A stretch of DNA of 57,526 nt, filler included, from Sluysia triapertura (Eukaryota), in assembly GCA_046118255.1 (NCBI GenBank). It is 5 parts of 5 records of this genome, joined end to end, with 100 filler letters (N's around TTAATTAATTAA, not from the genome) between each part and the next. Parts side by side here need not be neighbours in the genome. Positions count along the whole stretch, not along the records: positions 11,758 to 22,969 come from JBJNIA010187291.1; positions 23,070 to 34,015 come from JBJNIA010191052.1; 3 more parts are not named here. The stretch is one strand, 5' to 3'. Each line of letters starts with the position of its first letter. The stretch's first letter is position 1. A program made the translations under genes and the position numbers. Positions 11,758 through 24,900 of the stretch are shown piece by piece. The notes below the pieces were generated by a model. The model was not told where the DNA came from, searched no databases, and saw nothing but the letters and a program-made list of their open reading frames with translations.

Positions 11758-12399
11758 TTTTTTTGTTTCAATTTCAGTCTAAGCAATATCGTATAATGCT
11801 CAAATATTTTTAATTTTTGGAATTTTTTATGCCTATTTATTCCTTTATTAAAAGGCCTTTTAACATTTTTTAATAATTTAAACTATTTCATACGGATGCT
11901 GATTGATATTAATATATAAAATTAGTCTAAAATGTATAAAAATTTAATTAAATTTAGTTTTATATATTTTAATTTTAAAATATATACATAAAATGAAACA
12001 AATAATACAAATAAAAGTCAAATGAAATGAACAACTTAATATCAGTAAATTCTATGAATTCTATTATTGGTATTTATTTTAATTAATGTACCTTATACAT
12101 CTGTTTGTTTTGTTTATAATTCCAATTATTTTACTGAATAAAAACAAAATAATTAAAATTAAGTTTAATTTTGTGAAAAAGTTGTGTTATTCAATTTAAT
12201 CGTCAGTATTTTTCTAATTATAAATAAATAAGTATAGTATAAACGTGCTAATATCTATTTTTTTGTCGGCAATAAGAAGAAAAGTCTATTAACATCAAGC
12301 AAACAGATCCTCTAATAAAGTAAGTAAAGTTTTATTGACAGTTATTGTTTTAGATGCAGATACACCAACTTTATGTTATAAATCGTATCCTACTTAAAA

Positions 12400-12452
12400 G
12401 TATTTTGCCGTAGGTTAAGAGTTAAAACAACCGCAGCAATAGAAATGCAAAC
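12400..12452 (-). repeat. Fragment homologous to 8630-8675
   Basis: Reverse complement ATTGCTGCGGTT...CTTAACCTACGGCAAAATA versus ATTGCTGTGGTT...CTTAACCTACGGCATAATA. Confidence 0.65.
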
Positions 12453-15309
12453 ATAAAGTTTACACTGAATTGTCTGCAAAATGCAAAATAGCGGTACAAA
12501 CATAAAATATCGATTTTTTCTGAATTCACTAAAAAATTAAAAAATAAGAAGTAATTTCTGCAGTAAACTTTTATTTAATACATATAATTATAAAATTATG
12601 AAATAAGAAATAAATTTAATTCTATGTTTTGCAGCAACGACATTCTTATATCGTTTTAACATCGACTTGATCAAATTTCTATTATATTTTCACTTAGGAT
12701 ATCTCTTCCAAATTCGTAATATGTTGTCTAACAACTGTGATTTCTAGCAGTACGAAATTCAAAAGAAAAACTTTGTCACTAGAAAAATACACAAAATAGT
12801 TATTAAAAAGTTTAAGCAAATTAAGATTATTTCTTATATTTTCTCAGACTTTTGAGGCCAATTTTTGTACTTTTTTTGCGAAACTTAGACGTTTCCATAT
12901 CAATAAATATTTAAAAACTAAGCTTGTGCATAAAATTATCATAGGTTGTTTCAAACACAATGCAACCTTTTCAAACAAATAAAAAATATCTTTATTCAAA
13001 CTATATTTATCGTTGGAAATATAGTTCTTCATGTTCTAAACAGTTTTGCTTAGTACTATTTAAGTACAAACTGTAATTTCTTTATTGCCATTTATCTTCC
13101 TTTAGAAATGAGTCCTTGATGGAAACAAGAAACAATCCAAGATAGCAGATGTGGAATGAGCTTATTTGCCTTTCCACCTAAAGTAATTTTATAGCGATTA
13201 AGCATAACTCAGACTTGAATACTGATCATTAAATATACCTTCATGGCTTGTTTGCAAATCTACCTTTTTAATGCAACTTGTGAAACTCTTATATTATAAT
13301 TGATGCATACATTAACTTTGAAATTATTTGTTTTCCGGTATTTATATCTTAATTCCAATTTTTGACATGTTATAGGGTTTTTCATATACTTTTAATACTT
13401 TTACTTAATACTTTTAAGTTTAATAATTTAAGTATCATAATAAAACAAATAATAAATTAATAAATTTAAAGAATCCTTCTTAACCAAAAAATATTCTGAA
13501 TATAAGAATAGCAAATAAATATTATTATTAATCATATTATTAATCTGGAAGAAAATAATTTATTAAATACGATAATCATTATGGATAATATACCTATACA
13601 TAAATCACATTTTGCATCTGATATATGAAATAAAATTATTCTCTGCAATTTAATCCAATTGAAGATCTGCAAATTGTCAAACAGAAGATCAATTAAAATT
13701 GAAAATAATACAATCACTAGAGAAGATTGTAACTCATATTTTAGGCATTCATGCGAATATATAATATTCCTATTCTATTAATTTTGACTCACTTTTTTTA
13801 TTTTATTTTATTTGCAGATATAAAATTTGATATTACTAAAACGTTTTTGATTTAAAATTTTATTTTAAGATTACTTAGATTTTTTTTTCGATTTAAAATT
13901 AAATGTTGATCTTGCTAGTTTATAATCTCACATTATTCTAAGACTCTTCTTCAGTTGTTCACTTATTTTGATTTTAATACAGCTGAAAATAAAATTTTAA
14001 AAATTAATTCTTTTAAATTTATTGAAGTATACTAAGAGAAACGCTAAAATAATTATATTTGTAATTCAAAATTATTTTAAAAGAATTAAAGAAAAGTCAG
14101 AAATAGCATTTTAAATGAAAATGTATTCTCAGTAGTAAAACTGTGTAATTATAAATTACATAAATTATGAAAAATCCAATTATTTTCGTTATTCAATATA
14201 ACGAATAATGATGGTGGTTTTATAAATTTTTATAAATTAGACAGTAGTTTGTTTGGTTTATAAACCTTGTACCTCGGAATCATTCATTTAAACCATTAAC
14301 TTAATTATGATCATTACACAATAATTCATAAAGTTCCCCCAAAAAAAGACTTAAATATATCTTTATTTCGTACTAATTTCATTATAATTATAATTATCAT
14401 TACTGTTGTTATTGTCAATAGTATAAATTCTACTATTATTACACTTTTTAGAGCGTTCTGAAGTATTTTCTGTTTCTATTATTATGATTATTATTTTATT
14501 ATTGCTACCATTTTTTACAATTATTATTTTTCTATTTTTATGATTAGAATTTATTATTGTAGTTGTTTTTTTTGTTTAAAAAGTGAAAAAATGCGTGGCA
14601 TTTGAATACAAAACAAATAAAAAGTACTACAATAAAATATCCGAACGTTATTTTTGGATTTTGTATATGAACATATATTTTTAAATTTAAAAATATAAAG
14701 CAACAAATGTCATTCAGTTTTAGCTTCAACGTTAAATAATAATACTTTAAGTACAATTAGAAAATTCGACCTAAATGAAGTACAACGTTTTTAATGATAA
14801 CATCCTTGTGATTATTGGGTTAATTAATTTATAGTAATCAGGATAGATGATATATCAGTTCATTTTTATCGTCCAATTCATTAATTGTTGAAGCTGAAAG
14901 TTTCGATATCAACTTTTCTAATTTGGCTAATTATAACCATAATATAGAAAAAGCAGACATAATGATTACAAAATGCGATAGTTATTTTTATGACCTTAAT
15001 TAGGAGAAAATTTACATTTTTATTCAATAATTATGTCATTCATAGGATTGTGGTTGATAAGTTTAGAGAATACAGAAAATTTTGAAATTATTAAAATCGA
15101 TATTGAAATTTTAAAATTGCTATTTTAGATAAATTAGTAGTACATATGAAATCCGACACAAAAAAACTCTTTAGAAAGTAGTAATAAAAATAGATAAAAT
15201 AAGTAAATAAAAATAAAGTATTTGAATAATTTGATAAATTAGTTAAACTCGTGTTATATCTTATTGATAACACCGATATCCAAATAAAAATGTTTATATG
15301 TTGAGGTAA

Positions 15310-15450
15310 AGGCCTAAAGTGCCATTTAGAATAATGGCAGTATAATTGAATATAATAAAATGATAGCTTAGTGGTCAGGTCATCGAACTGCGCAGCTGTA
15401 AAGTAAGAGGGCCCGGGTTCGAATCCCGGCCAGTCCATTTAATGAAGTTA
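15310..15450 (+). mobile_element. tRNA-derived repeat, copy 5
   Basis: AGGCCTAAAGTGCCATTTAGAATAATGGCAGTATAATTG leader, TGATAGCTTAGTGGTC, ACTGCGCAG, CCGGGTTCGAATCCCGGCCAGTCCATTTAATGAAGT. Confidence 0.85.
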
Positions 15451-17449
15451 TGGGTTGTAAAGTATTTGTTAATTCTTTGGGTTGCAAGTTATCTAATTAC
15501 GAAAACTGTATTAAATTTCTGGCGTCAAAGAGGTAAGCATTAACAAGGCCAGCAGCATGTTAGAATGTTCGTAAATGCCTTCGATTAAAAGTCTTGTCTA
15601 CAAAAAGAAAGAAGTTTATAAATTACCTCAGGAAGGAAATAGTTCAAGAAATAATTTAAGAAAATTATCTTACTGATAAGGCTGCATTTAATTTTAATTT
15701 TATTGTACATTTAAAACGTCTATGAAAATGTTACATAACTTCTGTAAATCTGATGAAGTATGTTAAGCTGATAAATTATCTAAATTATGTAAGAGGTGTG
15801 TTAATGTTGTTCATTATACAAGTTTACGGTGAGTCAAAACTCAAAATCAAATATTCACAAACAATAACACACCTTCAAACATTCACAAAATGCCAATATT
15901 ATACATCTAATTGTTCATTTTTGTACGTTCTCATCCTTTTTCAATAACCATCTTTATACGATCTTCATATCTTTCATAACCCTAATATTCTTCACTTAAA
16001 TGAAATTATAATTCATAACTCTCTAGTATTACCATTGTTTTATAATTATTTTTATTAATAATAATATTATTATAAATATTTTATAATGTATTTTATTAGT
16101 ACTTTTATTATTATTTTTGTTATTATTTTATTGTTAATTTTTCTATTATTTCATTAGTACTCTTATCATTTTTTTATTTGCTTTTATTATTTTTATTATC
16201 AAAAAAATATTGTTTAAATATTACTTGGTTCTTCGGCTTTTTAAAAATTCGTTCTAGAAAAAGATTTGAGTGAAATGTGCATAGTAAGTATGTAGCATTC
16301 AAAATATAAAAGTATTTTGATGAAAATCGTTTAGAAGATATTGGAAGGATTTTGGATAATCCAATTGAGGATTATGTGACCTGAACAGGATTTGTGCTAA
16401 TTCAGCCGCAGACTTTAATATTGAAGACATTAAAAGCGAAATTAAATCGACTCAGGAATACTTATTTGCAACAATTTTATATTTCACAATGATTTAAAAT
16501 GTGTAAGAAATAGAGATGATATTCAAAAATATGTAAAAATTATTCCAATTTACATTGGGACTGATTTGAAGATCTTCAGCTGTATATGACTACGATTGTA
16601 TGAGTTCATATGACGAAATTGTGGTTGCTTTTGAAAAAATAAATCATAACTTCATAATCACGAATTGTGAAAAGAATATAAGCACTTTCGAGAGGTTTTA
16701 TATCTGAATTTTGTTAACTATTCAGTTAACGTACAGAAATTGTCGACGGATTGACTACTCTACTTGAGTTCTGTGTCTACTCATTGTTAAGATGATGCAT
16801 CCTTCGGATAAAATTTATTGTCGTCTTATTGTGATCATAGTTATTTTTATTAATAATTTTAGTAGATGTGATTAATAAAATTACTCATTGGTATTTAATC
16901 TTATTCAAATTGGGTCATCCAAAAATATTTGTATTAAGGTGCCATTTCATAAAAATTAAAGCTGAGATATTTAATTTTAAACTCCTTAAGTGTCTAAATG
17001 AAGGATTACTATTTTACAATAATTATTCAAAATTTCTTAATCATTTAACCACTTTTATAATACAATTTATTAAGTATTTGATAATAAACCTTATAAATGC
17101 TTTCTAACTTACATTGCACTAAAAAGTTAGAACAATAATTACAAAATATGTGAATAGTTCTATGCTGCGTATAAGTTTTTTTACAATTAATGTTTGTTTA
17201 TTTTCTTTCTTTCATGATGGAACAAGTTTTGGTGTCTATATTAGTTTGGTATATTCTTTTATATTAGTGTTAAGTGATATATAAAATTTTCTTTGATATT
17301 TTTAAACTGGGGCATGAAGTTAAAATATATACCAATTAATTTGAAACTTTCTCTTTCGGAAGTTACTATTTCGACTAAATTAAATCTAATAAATTTACAC
17401 TGATTTATTTTTATTAACGAAATGGCCGAAATACAACAATTAGTTTAAT

Positions 17450-18700
17450 TTTATTATTTCAAATACAAAATTTTATGAACATTAAAAGTTATAGTTTCAA
17501 ACATGATATTTGATGAACTGCTTGCATTAATGAAGTTATAGTTTTTCTCCGGCTGTGGATTTCAAAAATAAAAAGGATCAAAATTAAGTAGTAGACGGAT
17601 ACAAAAGAATAAAATTACTTTAAACTCAAAGTTATCTGTGCAGTTAATAAGTTGAGTAATTTCAATGAAATCATTATAATTCTTGTAACATGTCGATTTG
17701 TTTTTGCCTTTAACATCTTGAATAGCCTTTATTAGATTCTTTACACCTTGTCAATGATCATGAATAACATTTGGTTTAGTATCAATATAACTAATTTCAT
17801 TGGTAATATGATACAAGTTGCAAGATGGTCCGAATTTACTGTATTGGCCTAATTCATTAGGTTGAAATGGACATTGTACTGTTTTAATTAAATTATAATT
17901 CTGTTGGTTTAAAACAGTTTTGATCAAGGATGTGGTTGTTGAAGGATTACAATTATTTACGATGTAAGATTCATTAGGAGAGTAGTAGTTAACTGCAGAA
18001 AGTTGCATAAATTTTGAATAATCTACTGAAATTTTACTACAAAATATAGTTGTCATTATAGAATTATATCTACACATATTACTTTTTTCAAGACAACGAG
18101 GAATACTTGGTGAATAAAGTGTAACATACAATTGTGCCACTAAGTCAGAATCCATTTCTAAATTATTAATTTTCTTTAGCATTACGTATAACTCGACCAC
18201 AACATTACGACGTATCTTGAGCATTTGTATATTGCTATTAATTTTTTTTCGTAACACCGATTAAAGACGCCAAACATTTTGAAACGACAAAAACATTGTT
18301 TTTCATTAAAATTTTATATATAAACTTGACAAAAATACAATGTCATAATGACATAAGAAGTTTCGAGCGTATGTTTGATGGCAATTCATCAATTCGTACA
18401 ATGTACTGATTGAAATTGATTAGATAATTTAGAGACATAATTGATGATGACTGTTGATCACGATATACTTTCAGCATTGAAGGAAAATCTGAAAAACTAA
18501 GAAATGAATTGTTTGCATTTTGTTTAGTTTAATTTAGAAACTCGCAACCATCTGGAGCAGAATATGGTCTGGAGGATACATTCATTGGAGAAGAAGACTG
18601 ATACAATCACATTTTAGATCTTTGATATGAATCAGTGAATTAAAAATTTAAAGGTTTTATTTCATTATCATAAGACGCTAAAGAATTATACAAAATGATT
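17450..18700 (-). pseudogene. Decayed coding region of unknown family
   Basis: A 168-aa ORF (17751-18257) continues after a frameshift as AIQDVKGKNKSTCYKNYNDFIEITQLINCTDNFEFKV. No recognised domain. Confidence 0.45.
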
Positions 18701-21700
18701 GATTCTATTTTGCTGTTTAATTCGTATGAATTGTTAGCAATAAAATTAACTTTGACTAAATTATTAGGTTCATTTACTTGATCATCTAAACGAATTAACA
18801 TTTCTTGCCTAACTTGTTCAATTGCCTTTACTTCAATGCACCTTTATCACAGTTGTGATGTGATATTTGTTTAGAAAACATTTATAGATTAGGAGTTACG
18901 AAAGTCGTCTTTGATTTTGGATAGTGTAAAATCGCAATGAAATATAATTATTTGTAGCATCAAAACAAGTTAATTTGATTAAACTTTTTTAAAATGATGT
19001 TTTTAACCAATTACTAAAATTAGTCTTTTAACTCTTTCGTAAAATAATTGTGCCAATAATTTTTATTGTGAATTTATTGGTGTTTTTACACTTATTTTTT
19101 GTTGACTTTTTAGGTAACAAGTTTTTCTATCATAATTGGTCATTTAATTCATCAAATAAAATAAGTGTATAAAAAATTTGTTTATTGGTATTTGGCTTGT
19201 GATTAGACGTCCAGTAAAATGAAAATAAAGATGTACAATAATATGATTGATTGGATTTCCAATCAAATATACTAACAAAATACCTTTATTAACACAGAGT
19301 ATTGTTGTTGATGATGATGTTGTAAACTCAGCAACTGTCATCAGTCGACAGTTTATACGATATGATGATTTAATTTAATTGAATTAACTGTCGACTGATA
19401 ACAGACAGAAATAATTGAATCATTGCGAATAATAGTGACAACAATGAAAATAATGATAATTTTTGTGTTGGTAACAAAATGATTAAAATAATAATAATTG
19501 TAATAAAATAAGTGAATAAAATGAAATAATAATAACAATAATATTAAAATTAAAATACATAAATTCCTTGCTCTATTTACATGATCTTGGTTCTTTTAAA
19601 AATAAAAATTTCTTAACATATAAATAAATAAAATTCTTTTGCAGTTCTTTTTGTGATAATATTAAAAAATGGTTTTGAATTGTGAAACTGAACGTTTTTG
19701 ATTAATTTTCTATGATAATTTAAGATGTAAATTGTGATTCTAATGGTGTGGAATTATGAATTAAGAATGTTTTAAATGAAATTTGAAATGTACTTTAATG
19801 GTTTGAATGTAAATATGATTTGGATGTTATGAATTTAGCTGTCGTGAAATGTAAAGAGACTTTAATTAATCTGAGGAAGTAAGATATAATTGTTAGGAAG
19901 TGTGATATTATAAATGAGATGATTATATTTTATATATTTTAATTTAAAAAGATTGGCCACCACAGAAGGAGCTCTAAGATCGTAATAATTATAAACAACA
20001 ATTTCAAATGTTTTATAGTTTTAATTCAAAAGTTAAAGTTTTATCGGTATCCTGACTGCTCTCTAGGTTCATTGTTTGTATACTTTATTTAATTTTATAG
20101 TTTTAAGGTTTGTGTTTGATTTTTTTACTTTCTCTATTTTAACATGGTTTTAAATCAATAGGTTAAACGTCACCGTTATCGTTATGAAGTATCGTGAAGT
20201 GGAAATGCAAAAATACGAAATCTCTGTAGAAATACTTCTAAGTTTTACCAAATATTTCTTTATTAAAGTACAGAAAAAAAATGAATAAATAATACTAAAG
20301 AATTCTGAGTCAGTCTTAATGAAATATTTTAAGAATATTTTAATTTTTAAAGATTTATATATTTTAACAATACTGTACTTACTATAAAAAGAATTCCTAG
20401 AAATTTGTAACAACCGAAATGAAGTTACATAACATAATTTCACTGGAAATAATTAACAATAAAACTATGAATTAATTCAAAAATGGAGACAAAATATTAA
20501 TGGTTTATTTTACAAAATTTTCATGTTTATACATCCAATTTTTCTCTGTTCACGGTTCATGTGCAATAAATAATCAATTTTCATCACATAAGATCTCTAC
20601 TATAATCAGTTTCACTCTAGGTAATATTTTACTTACTAATAAATTTAATTTCAATATATATCACCAATTTGTGCTAGTCAATTTAAGTATATGCCATTGT
20701 TTTGATAATGTATTTAATTTTATATTTTAAATCATATTTTCTTTCTAACTGTGTACTTCATTTACATCTGCATTTACATAAGTATTTCCTTTTAAGCGGA
20801 TTTAAGCAAATATCTGTGTGATGCGTTTGAAAGTTAATTAAGAGTGATAAATTCTTGTCTTCAATCTTTCTATTTGTTTGGTGATTTCTGATTTGTACCT
20901 TTTTTTATCTGCTTTGACTGTGTTTATTTTGAGTTTGAGACCACTGATATATGTTATTTAATAAGTAAGGATGTATAGAACATTAAAGCTCTATATAAAT
21001 ATTTATAATTTTATTTTATCATTCAAATGAAAAAAAAGTCGTAAAAAATAAGCTATAATATTGAAAAAAATATAAATTTAGAATTTTAATATTATGCTTT
21101 ATATTACTTAAAAGATATTATTCTATTATTATTTTAAAGAAAAGAAAATTAATAATTTCAAGATACAAAGTGTTTTATTAAAACTTCATTTATTTCGCTA
21201 CTTCTACATTCTGTTTTAATTTAAACCTTACTTTACTTTTTGTTACTTTGCTTTTCATTTTAATTAAATGAATCATGAGAAAATTAACAGAAAAAATCAA
21301 TTAAAATATTATTTTTACAATTATTAAACCTTTATATTTTTATAAATTTGATTTTTAAAATATAACGGAGTAATAATATTATTTTATGAAAATAAAGTAC
21401 TGTGAAAATAATATATATATAATTAATAATGTGTGTATGTTAAAATGTACCGTTTATATTGAAATTGGGTCATATTGATCTTAAATTGTTTGAATTTTTA
21501 GAGTGATTCAGGAGGATGGAATTTATTAGACAAATTTTAACCTTTATTTATACCACAAATTATTATAACATATAAAATTATAAAATGTTATTTATAAATA
21601 ATGAAGGAAGATAGGGATTACGACATTTATGAAATATTCATACAAAGACAGTTGAATAACAAGATAACGTGTGATGGAGATAAATAATGGATAAAATCCA

Positions 21701-22815
21701 ACATACATGAAGATACATAGATTAAATATTGGGAGAAATTAAATTAATTAATTAATACAAGAATTAAATTGAATTGCAAATAACAGCAATTCGAAATGGC
21801 AAAGACGAAATGCTTAGCCTGAAAGACGAGGGAATGGAAAACTTGGAAGTTGAAAATAAAAATGAAATGAAGTGTATACATATTTATTTTCGAGTCTGAA
21901 ATATTATTAATCATTTTTCAGTCGGTCCACCGTTTAATCAAGATTTATTAATTAATTTTTTGAACTTTATACATACATACACACATACAATTCAACTACA
22001 TACCAGATTATTTTATTAAAACATCATTGGCAGTTGCTCTGTAATTGTAATCTTACTTTAAGATAAATTATAAGATAAACTAAGACAAATTATAGTTTAC
22101 ATTAAATGTTGAAAATTTCATTTAAAAAGGATGTTTTGATTGTCTTAGAAGTTGTATAAATACAATTTTTCAATGTGACACTACAAATTCTGCTTTAACG
22201 AACTTAATATTTTCTGCAAAGATATTCAGCAACAAATTATTTTTATAGCAGCTCAGATTTGCTTATTAAAATAATTAATTATTCCACATTTGTTTTGAAC
22301 TATACAAATCATAAATAATTAATTTATATATTTTTATTAAACATCTTACTCAATACAAAAACTGTCTCTGATTATATCTAAACATGAAAGAATTTAATTT
22401 ACAAACTTCAATATCGATGGGTCGTTAGAATCTAAGATATATTTTCTACAAACAAATCAAATTAGCATTAAATTAGTATTAAATACACAGATAATAGTTG
22501 AAAGAATGTTGCTACATTTTTGGAAACCCTAAAAACATGGATTTTGAAAAATAGACGAATTATTATCAAAATCATTAGTATTGTTTAAATGTTGAAATCG
22601 CTATATTTTCAACACTTCAATAATGTTTTCATTTTCATGTACGATAATATTTTGATTTATGAAATAAATTAATTTTTAAGATAAACTTCATTACACATTT
22701 ATCTAAACTTCGAAAGTTTCTGTTATAAGTATCCTAAAACCAATATTATCTCATTTTATAATTTAGGTAGCTAACAATAAACTTACTTAGGTTGAAATCA
22801 TTTTTGATTTTAATT

Positions 22816-23069
22816 NNNNNNNNNNNNNNNNNNNNNNNNNNNNNNNNNNNNNNNNNNNNNNNNNNNNNNNNNNNNNNNNNNNNNNNNNNNNNNNNNNNNN
22901 NNNNNNNNNNNNNNNNNNNNNNNNNNNNNNNNNNNNNNNNNNNNNNNNNNNNNNNNNNNNNNNTTTGATNNNNNNNNNNNNNNNNNNNNNNNNNNNNNNN
23001 NNNNNNNNNNNNNTTAATTAATTAANNNNNNNNNNNNNNNNNNNNNNNNNNNNNNNNNNNNNNNNNNNN
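22816..23069. other. Assembly gap with linker
   Basis: N runs plus TTAATTAATTAA. Confidence 0.95.
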
Positions 23070-23659
23070 TTCTGTCAATTATTGAACTGTATTTCAAAAT
23101 GAACTCTGGACTATATGATCCTTTACATATAACTTTTTATGTCTACGTTAAAATTTTGATAGAATATATTAATTTTAGTTGTTATTTACAATTTATGTTC
23201 TTTAACAAAAGCAATTTTAACGATAATGATTTTTCAAAAGACCTTAAGTCTTATTTTTCATTAAATTCAATTTTAAATTTAAGCCCTAAATTAATTATTT
23301 TCATCACACGGCCATTTCAAATAGTTCTAGTTGAAATTATAAAATTGACTTAAAATTTCAGTTATTTTAATTATTAAGTCCCGATATATTGAAGGTTGAA
23401 ACAATAGAGATATTAGATTACATGTTCTGGAGCTTTAATCTTTAAAATACTTTTTTATTATCTTGTGTATTGCTAAAAAGCTTTAGTATTTTGTATATAA
23501 AAGTTATTATTTTTGTTTTATTTAATTATGGAAAGTTGTAGAATAAATTAATAAAATTTTTGAAACAATTATTTATTGTACGTTTGCGTGTATGGGCATT
23601 CGATACCAAACTTCGTACAAGTACCGTTTAGGCAACTGCTAAATTGGCAAAGTGCTGTT

Positions 23660-24900
23660 CTAATACATTAACTTGGAATTGGTTCATTATCGAGATGTTT
23701 TTGAAACAATGGGTTGTCAGAAACTGATAAATGATATATTAGATTCTTGGATGTGCGATAAAATTGACGAAATTTAAAAGAAATAACATTATGGCTTGTA
23801 GAGAATATTTTGACATCTTCTTTAAGTTTTCCTTTACGTTTACTACTTAACTGGGACATATTCATTCGCAGAGGTTCCTCTGTGTCACAAACTTGTAATA
23901 CTGATACTGAATGAAGTTCATTTTCATTATTGTACTCTTTTCAGTTCTCAAGTAAAACTGAAATCACATCTACTAGGTTAATCTGTCCAAATCCACAAGA
24001 TATTCCACAGAGTTTATTGTTTATCAACAAAATTTGACCTGCTATTATTTTACAATTTGTGTCAATATCTTTTAATAAATTAGTACAACAGACCGAATAT
24101 TTAGTTTTAAATAAATCGTCTACATGCATTGATTTTTTATGAAATCCTTTCATGTATTTATCATAAGTCATACAACACTTTATATCACTTTTATTTATGT
24201 TTTCAAATTCATATCTTAATTACATGAAGTTTATCTTCCATAAATAAACAATATTGATCTTCATTTATATTAAATAGTTCACATGAATTAAATCTACCCT
24301 TCATAATGCTATCAAGCTTAAGTGATGATATCCATTCAACTGCAACAGAGCTTCGCCCATTTATCACTCCTAAACATTTACATGTTACTTGAATTATTGA
24401 TATTTTAAAAATATTTTACACTCCATTTTTTAAAATCAGGATATTTAAAGTATTTATTAGTTTCTAGAATACAGAAATTACTTAATTCATTTATAATTGA
24501 CTTCTTAGTAAACTTAAAATCACCACATTCATCCTTTTTACACTTCTCAATCAAAACAGAGAACTGTTGTCACTACGCAAAATGTCTTCATTAGGTTCAT
24601 CAAGGTTTATTCAAGATTTATTCCATATGCAGATTTTCCAATTACTAGGCAAGTAATTGAACATGTACCACAATATTTAAAACTTACCAACACTATTATC
24701 ACCTACATTTATGTCCCTTATAATATCTATATCACGTTTGATAAAACAATATACACTTTGGTTCTCTATATATAAATCATTCAATAAACGTATACTCTCA
24801 TAATTATCATAACACAGTTTTAATACATAGTTTTGATACATAATTTTATATTAAAATGTATTTATAATATTTAAATCGTATGATCAACGTTTGTACTACT
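23660..24900 (-). pseudogene. Decayed coding region of unknown family
   Basis: A chain of minus-strand protein-like ORF fragments (23668-23865, 23941-24171, and YVLKLCYDNYESIRLLNDLYIENQSVYCFIKRD near 24740-24835) is broken by stops and frameshifts. Confidence 0.4.

Noticed and set aside
17830-17900. VQCPFQPN as a Ulp1/C48 protease motif
   Set aside because: The following DCG and the upstream catalytic HW are not present.
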